Part shown: one piece after another, positions 25,601-38,530 of the stretch
How positions within the stretch are numbered: the stretch's first letter is position 1
Layout of the letters: each line of letters starts with the position of its first letter
NCBI GenBank assembly: GCA_051294375.1
Contig: CM119268.1
Span: 8,241,008 to 8,305,007 of the forward strand
Reading direction: 5' to 3'
DNA: 64,000 nucleotides
Source of the DNA: Paraspadella gotoi
Lineage: Eukaryota > Animalia > Chaetognatha
The notes under the pieces: generated by a model
The model's input: the letters and a program-made list of their open reading frames with translations, nothing else
Told to the model about the DNA's origin: nothing
Databases searched by the model: none
Program-made: the position numbers and the translations under genes

Positions 25601-26330
25601 TTCACCTTATCTTAAAATCTTAAACTTATGGCTTTGTAAAAGACGTTGTGTTACCCTTCTTTAATGGAAAACTTGATTTCATATAATAATTAAATAATTA
25701 AATGGTTGGATCATACAATTACATTCCGGCTTTGACAGGAAATTCAAACATACTTTGGCCTTTCCAGTTCTCTCTCTCAGAATTGTCGTCATCGTTCTCC
25801 TCTAACAGTCCGAAAAATTGGCACTGGTTCTTTTTCGTGCTCAGGTTGTGATTTGTGAGATTGTGATATTGGTGATATTGATGATTATTGGTGATATTGG
25901 TGATATTTGATTAGATATTGGAGATATTGTTTTGTTATGGGGCCTGTGAAATGTCCTGGCTGTGGTTGCTATATAGTAGGCTGAAGAAGCGTCCAAATGC
26001 TTATGAGTAAAAAAGAAAGATAGGAACTATAAGGAAATCAAGAACAAAAGAACATAAAGCTGAAATTTGGAAGAAGAACCCTTTTCAATTGTTTGCACTG
26101 ACCCAAAAACGTAAATTAACTTATTAAATTAATACAACCCATATATTTTTAATCAACCCCCGGCCCCTCACCAACACCTTTCGCCAGGCACTCCTCCATT
26201 CCTGCCTTCTAACGGTCGTCTCCAACGTCTTCAATGGAAATACGTCTGTCCACGGCGGATACTTTCGACGTCCGACCATTTTCTTGGAGGAAAAGATTCT
26301 TACGTCGGAGTCGTTTCGTCGTCGTCGGCG
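19265..26330 (+). CDS. ATP9: ATP9/Neo1-subfamily P4-ATPase (phospholipid flippase), C-terminal part, about 10 exons, many indels
   Basis: Frame-corrected motifs in the correct order: DEV.[98 protein letters not shown]...DFSIT, YKRSA, FLMVGYST, YPELYK, LTVRKWHW. These match the ATP9A/B sequence as I recall it. Most exons have GT-AG flanks. Confidence 0.93.
20302..20472 (+). CDS. ATP9: ATP9 exon (VFP...KRMGIIVR...[30 protein letters not shown])
   Basis: Acceptor ttttccctcag and first donor AG|gttagc. KGAD nucleotide-binding motif present. Confidence 0.9.
20427..21169 (+). repeat. 54-bp minisatellite, 13 copies, made of the ATP9 exon end plus splice donor
   Basis: Consensus GATTGGCTGAATGAAGAGACTGGGAACATGGCGAGGGAGGG(G/A)TTGAG|GTTAGCT. 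The copy at 20597-20650 is exactly 54 nt and translates [18 protein letters not shown]. Confidence 0.95.
21709..21967 (+). CDS. ATP9: ATP9 exon (RTLVVGCKK...[30 protein letters not shown])
   Basis: Acceptor cttcccctccag, donor ACGG|gtgagg. P-type ATPase GVED and WMLTG motifs. Confidence 0.9.
22459..22630 (+). CDS. ATP9: ATP9 exon (D.LET...IAKSSRLV)
   Basis: Acceptor ctctctccag, donor TTG|gtgaga. IAKSSRLV is readable. Confidence 0.75.
22920..23130 (+). CDS. ATP9: ATP9 exon (PAV..C..SPTQK...RTCAIGD.GNDVSMI); boundaries approximate
   Basis: TCGCCGACGCAGAAG = SPTQK; AGGACTTGCGCCATCGGGGAT = RTCAIGD. This is the hinge motif with indels. Confidence 0.85.
23971..24157 (+). CDS. ATP9: ATP9 exon ([22 protein letters not shown]...YKRSA)
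   Basis: Acceptor ccccttttctccag. GGCAAGGAAGGGAAA = GKEGK; GATTTCTCAATCACC = DFSIT. Confidence 0.88.
24651..24869 (+). CDS. ATP9: ATP9 exon (GLVI...FPSFLMVGYST...YYPELYK)
   Basis: FPSFLMVG and YYPELYK are visible in the ORF track at 24669-24983. Confidence 0.85.
25216..25384 (+). CDS. ATP9: ATP9 exon (LTK...LTF..FL...AVIMFG)
   Basis: Acceptor atcag, donor CAG|gtgagt. Position and partial motif fit the segment after YPELYK. Confidence 0.65.
25739..25844 (+). CDS. ATP9: ATP9 exon (...SEL...LTVRKWHWFF)
   Basis: CTAACAGTCCGAAAA(AT)TGGCACTGG = LTVRKWHW (cf. LTVRTWHW). Acceptor ttgacag, donor CAG|gttgtg. Confidence 0.75.
26188..26330 (+). CDS. ATP9: Probable ATP9 exon (ALSI..YVVS...GGYFDV), truncated by junction into duplicated segment
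   Basis: Acceptor tttcgccag. Weak similarity to the LSL.CY..S...YFD segment. Confidence 0.5.
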
Positions 26331-29300
26331 GGGCATTAGTTATTCAAGTCTCGTTCACTTTCTTCATTTCACCGTGAGACTATTTTCTGCCACTTTCTTT
26401 CCATTCTCTTTTCTTTTCATTCCTTTTCTTTTACTGCATTTCTTTCAATATATATTTTGTATTCTCCTCTCTCCTGCATTCATCTATTTTATATCTCCTT
26501 TCCCTAATCAACTTTTTTCGTTTTTCTCAGTTCTTTTCCTTTCCTCTTTCCTCCATCCATTTCTCCCTAATTCGGTTTTTTACCTTTCCACTTTCTATCA
26601 ATTTTTCATGTTTCTCTCTTTATCCCTTTGCAGGCATTTGTGCACCGATATCTCCATATTCCCCTTAATTTGTTGCTTTCTTTACCGTACTACATGTCTA
26701 TCCTCTTTTGTCTCTCCATTCATTTTTTTGTGCCTCATCTTGTTCTTGCCGCAATCTATTACCCTCTCCCTCCTCTATCACGTCCTCATATTTTCTCTGC
26801 GCCTCTGCGCGTCGCCTATATTGCCGTTTTCTCTTTCTCATTTTGTATCTTCTTCCTCTGCGCAATCTTACTCCGTTCTTTCTCCATCTATTTTACTTTT
26901 ATATTTTATATTTTTTGACCTATATTTCCTTTATTTTCTCATTCCTTTCCTCTTTTCCTTCCTTCTCTTCTCTTCTTCTCTTCCTTCTCTTCTTCCCTGC
27001 TCTCTTCTCTTCTCTCGTCTTTTTCTCCTTTCCTCTCTCTCATTCCTCTATCTTCTTTCTCTCTCTTTTCTCTTTATCTTATCTGTCTCTTTTCTCTCTC
27101 CATTCGCTCTTATTTTTAGCTTTAAACTTCTCTACTGCAAGAACGCTAAATATTCCTATTTCTGCCTTCTTTCTCCCTTTCATCCATTTTCCTTCTACTT
27201 TCTTATTCTTCCTTTCCTCCTATTTTTTCCTTACTAAACTAGTGTTCAGGCTCCGTTTAGTAATATTTTCTTCTAACATGCAGGGTTCCAATTTTTCTAT
27301 GAGTAACATTCTCCCGTTACTACAAAGGTTCCATTATGGCATTTTTTCTTCATTCTGTCTCGAATCAACTTTGCCGTCGGGGATAGATACGATCGAAGTT
27401 CCATAAAATATTTGGCCTGTTCCACGTGGACTTCGCTGCACCCTAATTAGCACTCAGTCTGACGACGTACGGACGAACTCTACGTCGACGGCGACTATGG
27501 TTACATACAGGCTACGATAACTAACGAACGTGAACGACGACGACGAACTGCATCCATGTTACGTCTTCAATTCCTTTCTTTACTAAATCCTCTCTCACCT
27601 TCGTCCCTGTCATCCTCCATATAATTCCTATTACATATTCGTTCCGCGTGTGTCATGTTAGACATTTTCTAGTGCCGTTTTGTCAGTCCCGTTCTGTAAC
27701 TCCTTCGTCACGCCTTCTAACCTAACTACTTTCCGACTTACGTGTACTTCGACCGCAGAGGCAATCTAACTCGACTCCCGCTAATCTGGCTCCAGATGGA
27801 AAAAACTGATACACTCGGAGTCTCTCAGCTTGTCTCACGACGACGGACATACGAGGCGAGCACGTACACTCGTCGACGGTGAGCAACGACCGACTGAGAA
27901 ACGCGACTGCTAACCGATTATGTTTGACTGTCGACGCATATATTTCATCCGCGTTTCTCTCGGATTCTCTCTCACGCCAACCCATAGGTATATTCTCTGG
28001 CAAGGGAGTCTCTCAGCTCCATTAATACAAAAGTCTCAAGGCATTTCAATTCATTTCCCCAATCGTAAAAAAAAAAATATAAGAAGAAAAATTCCGCCCC
28101 CCAAAAAGAAAAATGGCGCCGACGTATCAAGAGACTAGAATTTTAAACACGATTTTGTTTTCTGTTTTCTTCTTTTGTTTTTCTGTGACAGCTCGATTGG
28201 ACTTATAAAACGGTTTGGCGTTCTCGGCTTGCGGGCGAGACCGGTGGGAAGCGGCGACTGTGATGCATTAAAATATTTCATGTTCTTCGAGTATTTTAAA
28301 TATAAAAACCTGAATATATTTTTTGAGACTATTGAAAGCTCATATGAAAGAATAACAAAATGTCAAAAATACCGGTAAAATAAATGTAATAAATAAATGT
28401 AAATCATCAAATGAATTGAGATTTTTAAATACTGTCATTTAAACCTTTTTTAAATTTTTTTCTTGTTTTCATGCTTCAAAAAAAAGTTTCAAGACAACTT
28501 GACTTATCAGATAATCCTTTTTAAAAACGTCTTATGAAACTCCTAAGGAATCGGACAATGCCCCTTTAAATTCTATTTAATTTTAAACTAAAAATCTCCT
28601 AAAATATAACGTGAAACAAAAGAATTTGTGAAAATGCCGAGAACAATGCGAGCGACACAAAAAGAGCAATGAATAAATGATGAAAATATAAGAATTTAAA
28701 AAAAAAAGAACAAAAGGAATAAATAAAATAAAAAAGGAAAGGAAACTGAACAACCGAAAAAAAAAAATAGGCGCTTCAAGGTTACGTCGACGGGTCTCTC
28801 TTCTTTGTCGTCGTTCGTCGTCGTCATCGTCGTCGTTCGTCGTCGTCATCGTCGTCGTTATTCGTCGTCATCGTCGTCGTTATTCGTCGTTCTCAGCCAC
28901 AACTGCGTCTCAGTAAATCCTTCCTTTTTTTATTTCACTCTCTTTCTTTTTAAAGTCTCTTTTCTAAAGGCCGTCGGCGTCCCTTCCGCCATTTTCTCTT
29001 CCGTTTCTTCCTCCTTTCACAAATCCTTCTTTTTTTTTCTTTCTTTCTTATTGTTTGTGTGTGTGTGTGTTTTCTCTATTTTTTTCGTGTGTGGAGGGGA
29101 AAGGGTTAGGATTCTTCCATTTCGTATTCTCTTTATAATTTAAAAAAAAAAATTAAATTTTGTCAAACAAAAGGGCCGAAAAATCAATTATTTTAAATTC
29201 TTTCTAATCTTGTTCACATTGAAATATTTTTTTTTTCATAATCGTTTAATCTCTTCCCGATTTAATTTTTTATTTTATTGTGGAGACGAAATCCGTTTCT

Positions 29301-29410
29301 TTCGTTGGAATCTTATTTTCTCTTGTGAGGTTTTTCATCGTTTTGCTTCTCTCTCTCTCCTCCTCTGCTCTCTCTCTCTCTCTCCCTCCTCTCTCTCTCT
29401 CTCTCTCTTA

Positions 29411-29445
<35 letters not shown>

Positions 29446-29640
29446 CTCCTCTCTCTCGTCTCTCTCTCTCTCTCTTTGTCTCTCTCTCTCTTCTGCTCTC
29501 TTCTCTCTCTCTCTCTTTCATCCCCTCTCACCACCCTCTCTCCCTCCTTAAAAAAACAAAAAAAAAACAACAAGAGAACAAATAAACCACAACCCAAATT
29601 GNNNNNNNNNNNNNNNNNNNNNNNNNNNNNNNNNNNNNNN

Positions 29641-29673
<33 letters not shown>

Positions 29674-30979
29674 TCTATTTTTCGCCCCCTTAATGACAGT
29701 AATGTCTTCGGAGGCCGTAAATGACGCCGTTTTCGTCTCCTGGCGGCAGATGGCGTACGGAAGACGTAAACAAACCGAGTAAACAAAAGACTTTTAAGGA
29801 TAAAAAAGGGCGGGCGGCGCGAAAACAAAAGGCCTTCGACGACCGGCCGATTTCTTTTTTCTTCTTCTGACGATCNNNNNNNNNNNNNNNNNNNNNNNNN
29901 NNNNNNNNNNNNNNNNNNNNNNNNNNNNNNNNNNNNNNNNNNNNNNNNNNNNNNNNNNNNNNNNNNNNNNNNNNNNNNNNNNNNNNNNNNNNNNNNNNNN
30001 NNNNNNNNNNNNNNNNNNNNNNNNNNNNNNNNNNNNNNNNNNNNNNNNNNNNNNNNNNNNNNNNNNNNNNNNNNNNNNNNNNNNNNNNNNNNNNNNNNNN
30101 NNNNNNNNNNNNNNNNNNNNNNNNNNNNNNNNNNNNNNNNNNNNNNNNNNNNNNNNNNNNNNNTCTAGATCGTCTCCATCTCTAGATCGTCTCCTTCTTT
30201 AGATCGTCTCTATCTCTAGATCGTCTCCATCTCTAGATCGTCTCCGTCTCTTGATCCTCTCCATCTCTAGATCGTCTCCGTCTCTTGATCTTCTCAATCT
30301 CTAGATCGTCTCCATCTCTAGATCGTTTCCATCTCTAGATCGTCTCCATCTCTAGATCGTCTCCTTCTCACGATCGCCCACGTCAAAGAATCTATCACTC
30401 CCTCCCAGGTGACACAACCCCCTTGCTTATAACGTCAGTCTTTTCAACTCTACGAATCACTTCGCCATTGGCCTACAGGGCCTACAGATGGCCTTCAGAT
30501 GGCTAAAAAAGACTACAGATATACCATAATTTTCTATTCTCTCAAACCGAACTTCTGCGAATCAAACTTTTCTTCGAACCTTTCAAGTCTCTCACGTTTC
30601 CNNNNNNNNNNNNNNNNNNNNNNNNNNNNNNNNNNNNNNNNNNNNNNNNNNNNNNNNNNNNNNNNNNNNNNNNNNNNNNNNNNNNNNNNNNNNNNNNNNN
30701 NNNNNNNNNNNNNNNNNNNNNNNNNNNNNNNNNNNNNNNNNNNNNNNNNNNNNNNNNNNNNNNNNNNNNNNNNNNNNNNNNNNNNNNNNNNNNNNCTTGC
30801 AGATGGCTCCGTTTTCGTCTTTGTTGTTGTTGTCGTCGTCGTCGTCATCTTCGTTTTTTCCTGTCTTTTCGTGTTTACGTTGAAAGCGTCGTTGCTCATC
30901 GACTTTTTCACGCCTCCTACGGTGACGTAGCATATTTCATCGTGATTCAAGACCGGGTCGACAGTCGGGGTGAGAAAAA
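26330..30979 (+). repeat. Copy B of the duplicated segment (matches 12818-18330)
   Basis: Begins GGCATTAGTTATTCAAGTCTCGTTCAC, as at 12818, and stays collinear to the gap at 30980. Confidence 0.9.
30164..30370. repeat. 17-bp tandem repeat TCTCTAGATCGTCTCCA
   Basis: About 12 clean units next to an N gap. Confidence 0.95.
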
Positions 30980-33900
30980 NNNNNNNNNNNNNNNNNNNNN
31001 NNNNNNNNNNNNNNNNNNNNNNNNNNNNNNNNNNNNNNNNNNNNNNNNNNNNNNNNNNNNNNNNNNNNNNNNNNNNNNNNNNNNNNNNNNNNNNNNNNNN
31101 NNNNNNNNNNNNNNNNNNNNNNNNNNNNNNNNNNNNNNNNNNNNNNNNNNNNNNNNNNNNNNNNNNNNNNNNNNNNNNNNNNNNNNNNNNNNNNNNNNNN
31201 NNNNNNNNNNNNNNNNNNNNNNNNNNNNNNNNNNNNNNNNNNNNNNNNNNNNNNNNNNNNNNNNNNNNNNNNNNNNNNNNNNNNNNNNNNNNNNNNNNNN
31301 NNNNNNNNNNNNNNNNNNNNNNNNNNNNNNNNNNNNNNNNNNNNNNNNNNNNNNNNNNNNNNNNNNNNNNNNNNNNNNNNNNNNNNNNNNNNNNNNNNNN
31401 NNNNNNNNNNNNNNNNNNNNNNNNNNNNNNNNNNNNNNNNNNNNNNNNNNNNNNNNNNNNNNNNNNNNNNNNNNNNNNNNNNNNNNNNNNNNNNNNNNNN
31501 NNNNNNNNNNNNNNNNNNNNNNNNNNNNNNNNNNNNNNNNNNNNNNNNCATCATCATCATCGTGGTCGTCGTCTACCGACTGTGAATCTCGGTCGCCACG
31601 ATCAACTCACTTCGGTTCTAATCGGTCCCGCGCGTTGATTGCATCCCGATCGCGTCTTCGGCCGCGAGTTTCGTTCGTTTATCCCGTGTTTATCGGGTCG
31701 TCATGGAGACGAAGCGGAAACGATCGCCCACGCGGAAGGATTGTTCTTGATTAACTCATCGGTTTGTAAAGTCTGGTCGTGTTGACAAAGTATGTAGCAC
31801 ATCGGAGGTATTGTATTTTCTAGAATCGAATCATTTCATAATTCGAAAGACTCCAAAGAAATTTGGTACACTATCTACGTACAATATATACAATATATTA
31901 CATAAGCATTGATCGTTTCCTTTGTGCTCAAAACCGGACTTCTTTCCCATACCAAGTATGTTTTTTTGTCCCTCTGTCGTCAACAATGCTTGCCTCATCC
32001 TCTCTCGTATACCTTTGCTTGGTGATTCTGTTTATGAGGGATTCTTCCTTTTTGCTCCGGTGGATCGAGTTCGCGAGTTAGTCGAGCGAACTCGTTGGTC
32101 TTTCCCCGGAATTCCATTAACTCCGGAAGTCATTTCCTTCTTTTTTTTCTGCTGATGCAAGCGAGAAGCCGAGCGAAGGGAGCCGAAGAAAAAAGCGGCG
32201 CGCCTTCGCATCGCTGAGCGCCGGTTCCATCGATGGCGCCGGCGCTAATTTTCCGTCGAGGCTGAACAAGGTGCTGGTTAATTATCCCTCGAAGGCTTTT
32301 AATCAAAGTGCGGTAGATTGCCATCTGGGATTAGATGGTCTTTTTTTTTTTATCTTGGTTTAAAGAACGAAGTATTGGTATTTTTTACATGAAAATGGTA
32401 CAATACAATACAAGAATTATCCATTCATTTATACGTAAACTAATATATCTTTCCCCATGATTTTCGACAGATACTATTATTAGTTTTCTTGCAATTTTCA
32501 AGTTATTGCCTCATTTCGTAACTTTCATTTCGACGCAAGAAACGTCATTCCTGCACCGACCAAACGCAAAGACTGTATTCATTTCCTACTCCAAATCACT
32601 TTTTTTTTTCATCGATTATTCTCTTCCGTCTTTCGAAAGATGTCATCAATCGCGTCATCTTGGAATTTGACAATGTCAGCTGATGTCATGTTCCGTAAAT
32701 CCTAAGCATCGAGAGGAGCCTTGCCGACTAGGTCTGAGCCTATTTTACCTTGCGGGGTTCCTCTCGGAGCCAAGAGTGACTTTGACGCTGACAATAGCGA
32801 TCGTCGTTCTATTGGATCATCGATTTTAATCATCGGTTTCCTCATGATGTTAACGAGGACGACGGAGGCAAAGATCATCGATCCTCATCCGTGGACGAGG
32901 AAGGCAGAATCATCTTTATTGCCGCGCGTAAGATCAAAGGCTCTTGAGCTTCAGACTTTTATATTTCCTTTCTGAGTCGAACGCAAATGACGCGAACAAA
33001 AAACCACCATCAACCATCGATTAATTTATCGTTTCTTTGCAATCGACTTTGCCCAGTTCTGTGACCTATACATCCGGGAGAATCGACCTTTTCCATCAGG
33101 ACGCGTTGATCCCGCGAAATGAGAATCGACGCACAAAATGAGTTAATGAGTGAGAAATGTTGGTGCGGCGGGAGGGAGGGGAGATTGGCAGCCAAGTGGA
33201 AACGAGGCTCAACTATTTTGTTGTCGTTATCCAATTATCCGCGCCTCCATTGTTTTACTAATCCGTAAGCGGCAATTGTAGTTGATGAGTGAAAAAGAAA
33301 AAAAATCCCTTTAAGCCTGAGCTGTCGAGAAAATGTGGAAATCCTCTCCGCTTAAAGCGAAACAAATGCATTTTCATTTTACGTATCTTGAAGAGACGGT
33401 AATAATTGTTATGAGTTAGTGACTGAACCGTTCATATATAAGCATTTCCTGAGTTTCGGATCAGGCTGTAACACCGCCCCGTCCCTCTTCACTGCGAGTC
33501 GACCCGCTTTCAGATAAACATACGTTAGTCTTCTCCGCACACCAGATCTGCCTGGGGATCGTATTCGCGATATTGCTGGTTTCAAGCTAGATATTGAGCC
33601 AATCGCATCAGGATCGTCACTGTTCCTGTCCTTTTTTTTTAAATCTCTTCCTTTCTTTTCCTCCTTTCTCAACGTTTTTCTTTTTTTTTCTCTCTACTTT
33701 TTCTCATTTATTCCCGCATCCAATAAAACCTTCCGGAGACGAAACGGGAAAAAAAAGGAGAAAAAAGGAGAAAAAAAGGAGAAAAAAGGAGAAAAAAAAG
33801 GAGGAAAAAAAAGAAAGTGGCTAATTCAGATTCAAAGAGGCGTAAACTCGTAACTCCTTCGTTTCATTCGATGTTCTTTTTTTTTTTAACGCAGCGTCTT

Positions 33901-34990
33901 TTTAAATGTCGATTTGGCGCGAAATCAATTCGATTTGGCCAAAATCGAATTTCGGCGCTTTTTTTTGTTTTTTTTAATTTGTAACCAGATGTTTTTTTCT
34001 AATTTAGAGCCGTTTGAAAGGTGCCACACAGACACTTATTTTCACGGGTTTTGCAGATTCACTTTTTTTTTCATTTTAATTTGTTTGTTTGTTCGTTTTT
34101 TGTCTTGTTTTTTTTTTTCGACCATTCCGATTTTATCGTCGTCTTTCTCGCCGTAAATACAGAGAGCGGATGTTTCGACTCGGGCTCCACCAGAGGAGTA
34201 TGAAGATGAATCGGTCGAAGCGGATTTGAAGACGGGCAACCCGGGCGACGGAGAGCGTTGCCCGGATGTGGGTGAAGATTTATAGGCGAACCCTTCGCTC
34301 GAACGCCCCGGCGGAGGGAGGGGGGGAACGAGAATAACGACGGACGATGATCGGGAGATCCTTAGCGGTTATGTTGTGAGAATTGGAAGGCATGAAAGTT
34401 TGACGACTGACTGAAAAAGACCATTACGCAAAAAATTAAAACATTGGCGACAACAACAGCAAAAATGACAACAATTCTTTTGTTCCACAACCATTACGAG
34501 CTTGGTAATGTAACATCTTCGTTATCGTTATATCTACGTTGATTAGATTTTTTTTTCTGTGTTTCAATGTTTAAGAGTTATTAAAACTGATATTAAGCAT
34601 CGCTTAAATCATGGGCTTATTGAGCCTTATCTGAAGGTTGGTCAATCGCAGGCCTTCTTTCGACTCAGGCGATCATTACCGTTGGCATGAATGGAATGGA
34701 GCCAATCTTTTTCTAAACGTTTTCAGAAAGAAGGTTTTTAAGTAGCGAAGTCGTCAGAAGGAAGTCGAAGCAAATTGTTAAAGTTCAAGTTCAGGGAAAC
34801 AAAGATACTACAACATCGACTCTTCTCAAGTCATCTCAATTTCTTATCCGATTAAGGGATTATGTTTCCAGGATGCAGTGTCCCTATCGTGAGATGCGAA
34901 ACCGAATGTTTCGAACGAAGAGTGTAGGACTTTACTATTTCTTACCATTTTTCGACATAAGCGAGCCTTTCGGTATCCGATTTTTTTTTC

Positions 34991-35229
34991 GGTTCCATTT
35001 TCCCAGAGCGGCCCTTTTCTGTTCCTTTATCCCGGAATTTATAATTTATAATTTTAACCAAAGTATAATTTTATATCTAGAACGCAAACCTTAATCCTTA
35101 ACCCTAAACCCTTAATCCCTAAGTTTTAATTTTAACCCTTAAACTTAAACCTTGATCCCTAACCCTTACCCTAACTTTCAATCCAATTTAAATTACCAAA
35201 AAATGGGACGTTCTGGAAAAATAAGGCCC
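34991..35229. mobile_element. MITE-like element with imperfect terminal inverted repeats and internal telomere-like (TAACCC-like) repeats
   Basis: GGTTCCATTTTCCCAGAGCGGCCC at the left end vs GGGACGTTCTGGAAAAATAAGGCC at the right end (imperfect inverted match). Degenerate CCCTAA/CCTTAA array at about 35086-35175. Confidence 0.55.
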
Positions 35230-38200
35230 TTTTTTTCTTCTCTTCCCTTTTTTTTAACGTCGTCTTAATGAAATCGAGGTCGATATTTGACCGTGACTTC
35301 GTCGCTTCGTCACCTCGAAGCAGACGGTCGAAAATCGTTGTAGTTGTTCTTTTTGGTTTTTAAAGTTGCTATTGTCGAATGAGAAAGCAAGGAAGCGTCT
35401 TTAAAAATTAAGCAGCGTTTAAAAAAGATCGTCAGAATGTAGGAATGTTTCTACTACTTGAGTGGAAAAATAAAAAGAGACAATTTTATTTTGTACTTTC
35501 TTTTGTCTCACAGCGACATAAAAAAACGTTTGTTCTACACGCGCGAGTGAATACGGTAAACTTTTATTGCGGTTTTTTTTTTATATTTGAACTGCCCCGG
35601 TTGTCTCAGCCAGAATGACCTTTCTTTGTTCCCTCAGCAGTAAAATTCCTTCTTTGTTGCTTCCGCGAATATTATTCTTGAACCCGCCACAAATAGACGC
35701 CAACGGCAATTTTCATCCTTTTTTACGTATATCTTGTTACTATCTTTCCTTTTCTTTTATATTTAACTATTATTTATCTTAAAGGTTTTTTTTTCTTTGT
35801 CAATACCATTTTCTTTGTTTCTATGTTACATTATTTTTCTTTCCCGTTATCATTTTGACGTACTTTTACCGATACTCTTTCTTTCTTCCTCCTTCCTTCT
35901 TTTATTCGTTCCTTTCTATCATCCATTGCTTTCTATTTCTATTGACCTTTCTCCCCTCCCCCTTTCCCTTTCATTTTCCCCTTCATTTCCCTTTCATCCC
36001 CTTCAATCCCACTCCCCCCCCCGACGGTGCCTCAGACCTCCAGGAAAAAAAAAAATTTCATGAATCGAGCGAAAAAAGTCATGTCAATCGATTTCGATTT
36101 TGATAGGTTAACTGATAAGTAGATGGTCTTGCGGGGCTTTTCACCAGAAAAGATCGCTAAAACTCGTAACCTTTCTTTCTTTCTTTTTTACTTTTCTTTT
36201 ACTCCTCTAAAATAAATTATTTTTTTATTTGGCCAACTGCCATTTTCTATTACTTTGGTCAATTTGATAAAATGATACGGCGTTCGGGAAAGCTGATTGT
36301 CTCCCCTTGAAATAGTACATAAGGGACAAATGTTATATTTTCATACATATAAAGTATCTAATTTTTTCTTAACATACTTCATGTATTTTGCATTAAAAAA
36401 TTTTAACAAAAACATTTTTTTTACTTTATGTCACTCGTTTAACCAGGTTTATCTCCTGCTATTATTATCCATGGGTTTTATAAGATAAAGGAAGGTTTAC
36501 TTGCTGTGTTCTGATGCGATTCATTGCGATTTTGCAAATTAAGAGAGAATTTGATTTTTCCAATGAGGTATTCAACCAAAAAAAATTCCCAAAATAATAA
36601 GAAATTAACTACGTTTTCAAGAATTTAAAATTTTTCTATGCAGTTACCTCTTTTAAACAGGTTTATTATATTTAAAAAATTGATAATAGTTTTATTAGTT
36701 AGTAATTGGTTTGGCTATTATGGTCTGTTGCGGTTTTTTGCGGTTTTGAGTTTTAAGGGAGAAATATGCTTTACCAGTGGACAAGTCAAACATCAAAACT
36801 AACAAAGAAAGAACTAGGTTTTCAGGAATTTTTCTATCTGACTTTGATGTATTGGTTACCCAGGTTTATCTTAATTAAGAATTATTATTCTGGTTGAACA
36901 GTTAGCTTAGGTTACATTGATGTCAGGTTAATGGGATTTTAGCGATTTTTTAGTTTTAAGAAAAAAACAAGGTTTTCAAATGGTACTTCTCAATCTTCCA
37001 AAAGAACAAAGAAAATAACGAGTTTTTTCTTTATGGCGCCGCGAGTTACTTGATCGGTTGGTATAACTGTTTGTCTGTTTATCTCTTTGTCATTTTAAAG
37101 GCCTAATAGCAAGGAAGGAAGGTAAGGGTACCATAATAACTTTCACTAGCATATATATTCATACTTTAGCAGAGAGAGAGAGAGAGAGAGATAGGTGAAA
37201 TTGAGAGAGAGAGAGAGAGAGAGAGGAGCAGAGAGAGAGAGAAGAGAGAGAAAAAGTTACTCCAACAAAGATTTTGAGAACAGGACACAGGTGAGCGGTG
37301 AGAACAGGATCAGTTTTAGGCCAGATGGAGCGATAAAATTTCTTTCAATCTCTCTCTTTCATGCTTTCACTCTTTCTCCTCATTCTATTCTCTTTCTCTT
37401 CTCTCTCTCTCTCTCCCTCTCTCTCTCTTTATTTTTCTCTCTCTCTCTGCTGGAGTGCTGAAAAGACTTGAAAAACCAAGTCAAAACAACTGTTATCACA
37501 GATCCTCGACTCTATATAATTGACTTTGTCGGTCTGTCTGTTCAATCAATCAATTTATTTATTAAATTAATTAATTATTTATCAATCAATCATTTAAGTC
37601 AATCGTTATTGACATTATTGTCGTCGTCGACCATCGTCGTCGTCGTTGCTTATTGTTAATGGTCAGTGACTAAAAATAAAACCATTAAATCAATAATAAT
37701 CTGATAATAATCCTTCTGAACTTGAGACCCGCATAGTTATAAGACGCAGGCGAAACTGATCTTTCAGTCTTCTCTCTCTCTCCTCTCTTCTCTCTCTCTC
37801 TCTCTCTCTCATTCTCTGTCTTTCTCTCTCTACTCTCTCTCTTTAGTTCCCAATACAATGTTCCTGGTTATTATTGATAAATAATATTAGCAAGCGTAGT
37901 ATATCTGGAAATCAACAATAGCTAAAAATAAAGCCTCGATTTAGTGAAAAAATAATTCAGTTTGATATCCATTTTGGGGAAAGCAATATCTCATACTTGT
38001 GACCGACTACTTTATATCTTTATCACTCTAATAAGGAAGAAACATAACTGGTTGTTGAGTCATCAAGTTGTAGGCGTTGTTGTAGCTGTTGTAGTTGTTG
38101 GGGTTATTGTTAGACCAATAAAGCGTATTGAATATGAAATTTATATGAAAACTTTAAACTTTAAACTTTCTTAATCTACACTAGAGTAATAACGCCATAT

Positions 38201-38530
38201 TCATTCAATATTTATTAACATATCTCTGACTCGTGTATGAAATAGAATCAAATCTTATTTGCATCTTGCAGAATGAAATTTTTATTTTTAAAAGTAGGGT
38301 TTTCAAATATAATATGTATGATAAAGAGCATACAAAAACCCCCAAGTTTTTAAAAAATAATAATAATAAAAAAAATGAAACATGATAAAAGAGCACCAAA
38401 AATTGTTATCTTTTCTAATATTGAAAAATTAAATACTACTGTGCCATTAATCTTTTTAGTGACTTGATAAAAGGGCAACGTGAAATTGGAGGTGGGTGGG
38501 ATGCAGGCTTAGATTCACAGCCATATTGTA

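Noticed and set aside
19265-26330. Calling ATP9 a pseudogene
   Set aside because: Indel-dominated damage affects exons and repeats alike and matches raw long-read error, so it cannot be judged without polishing.
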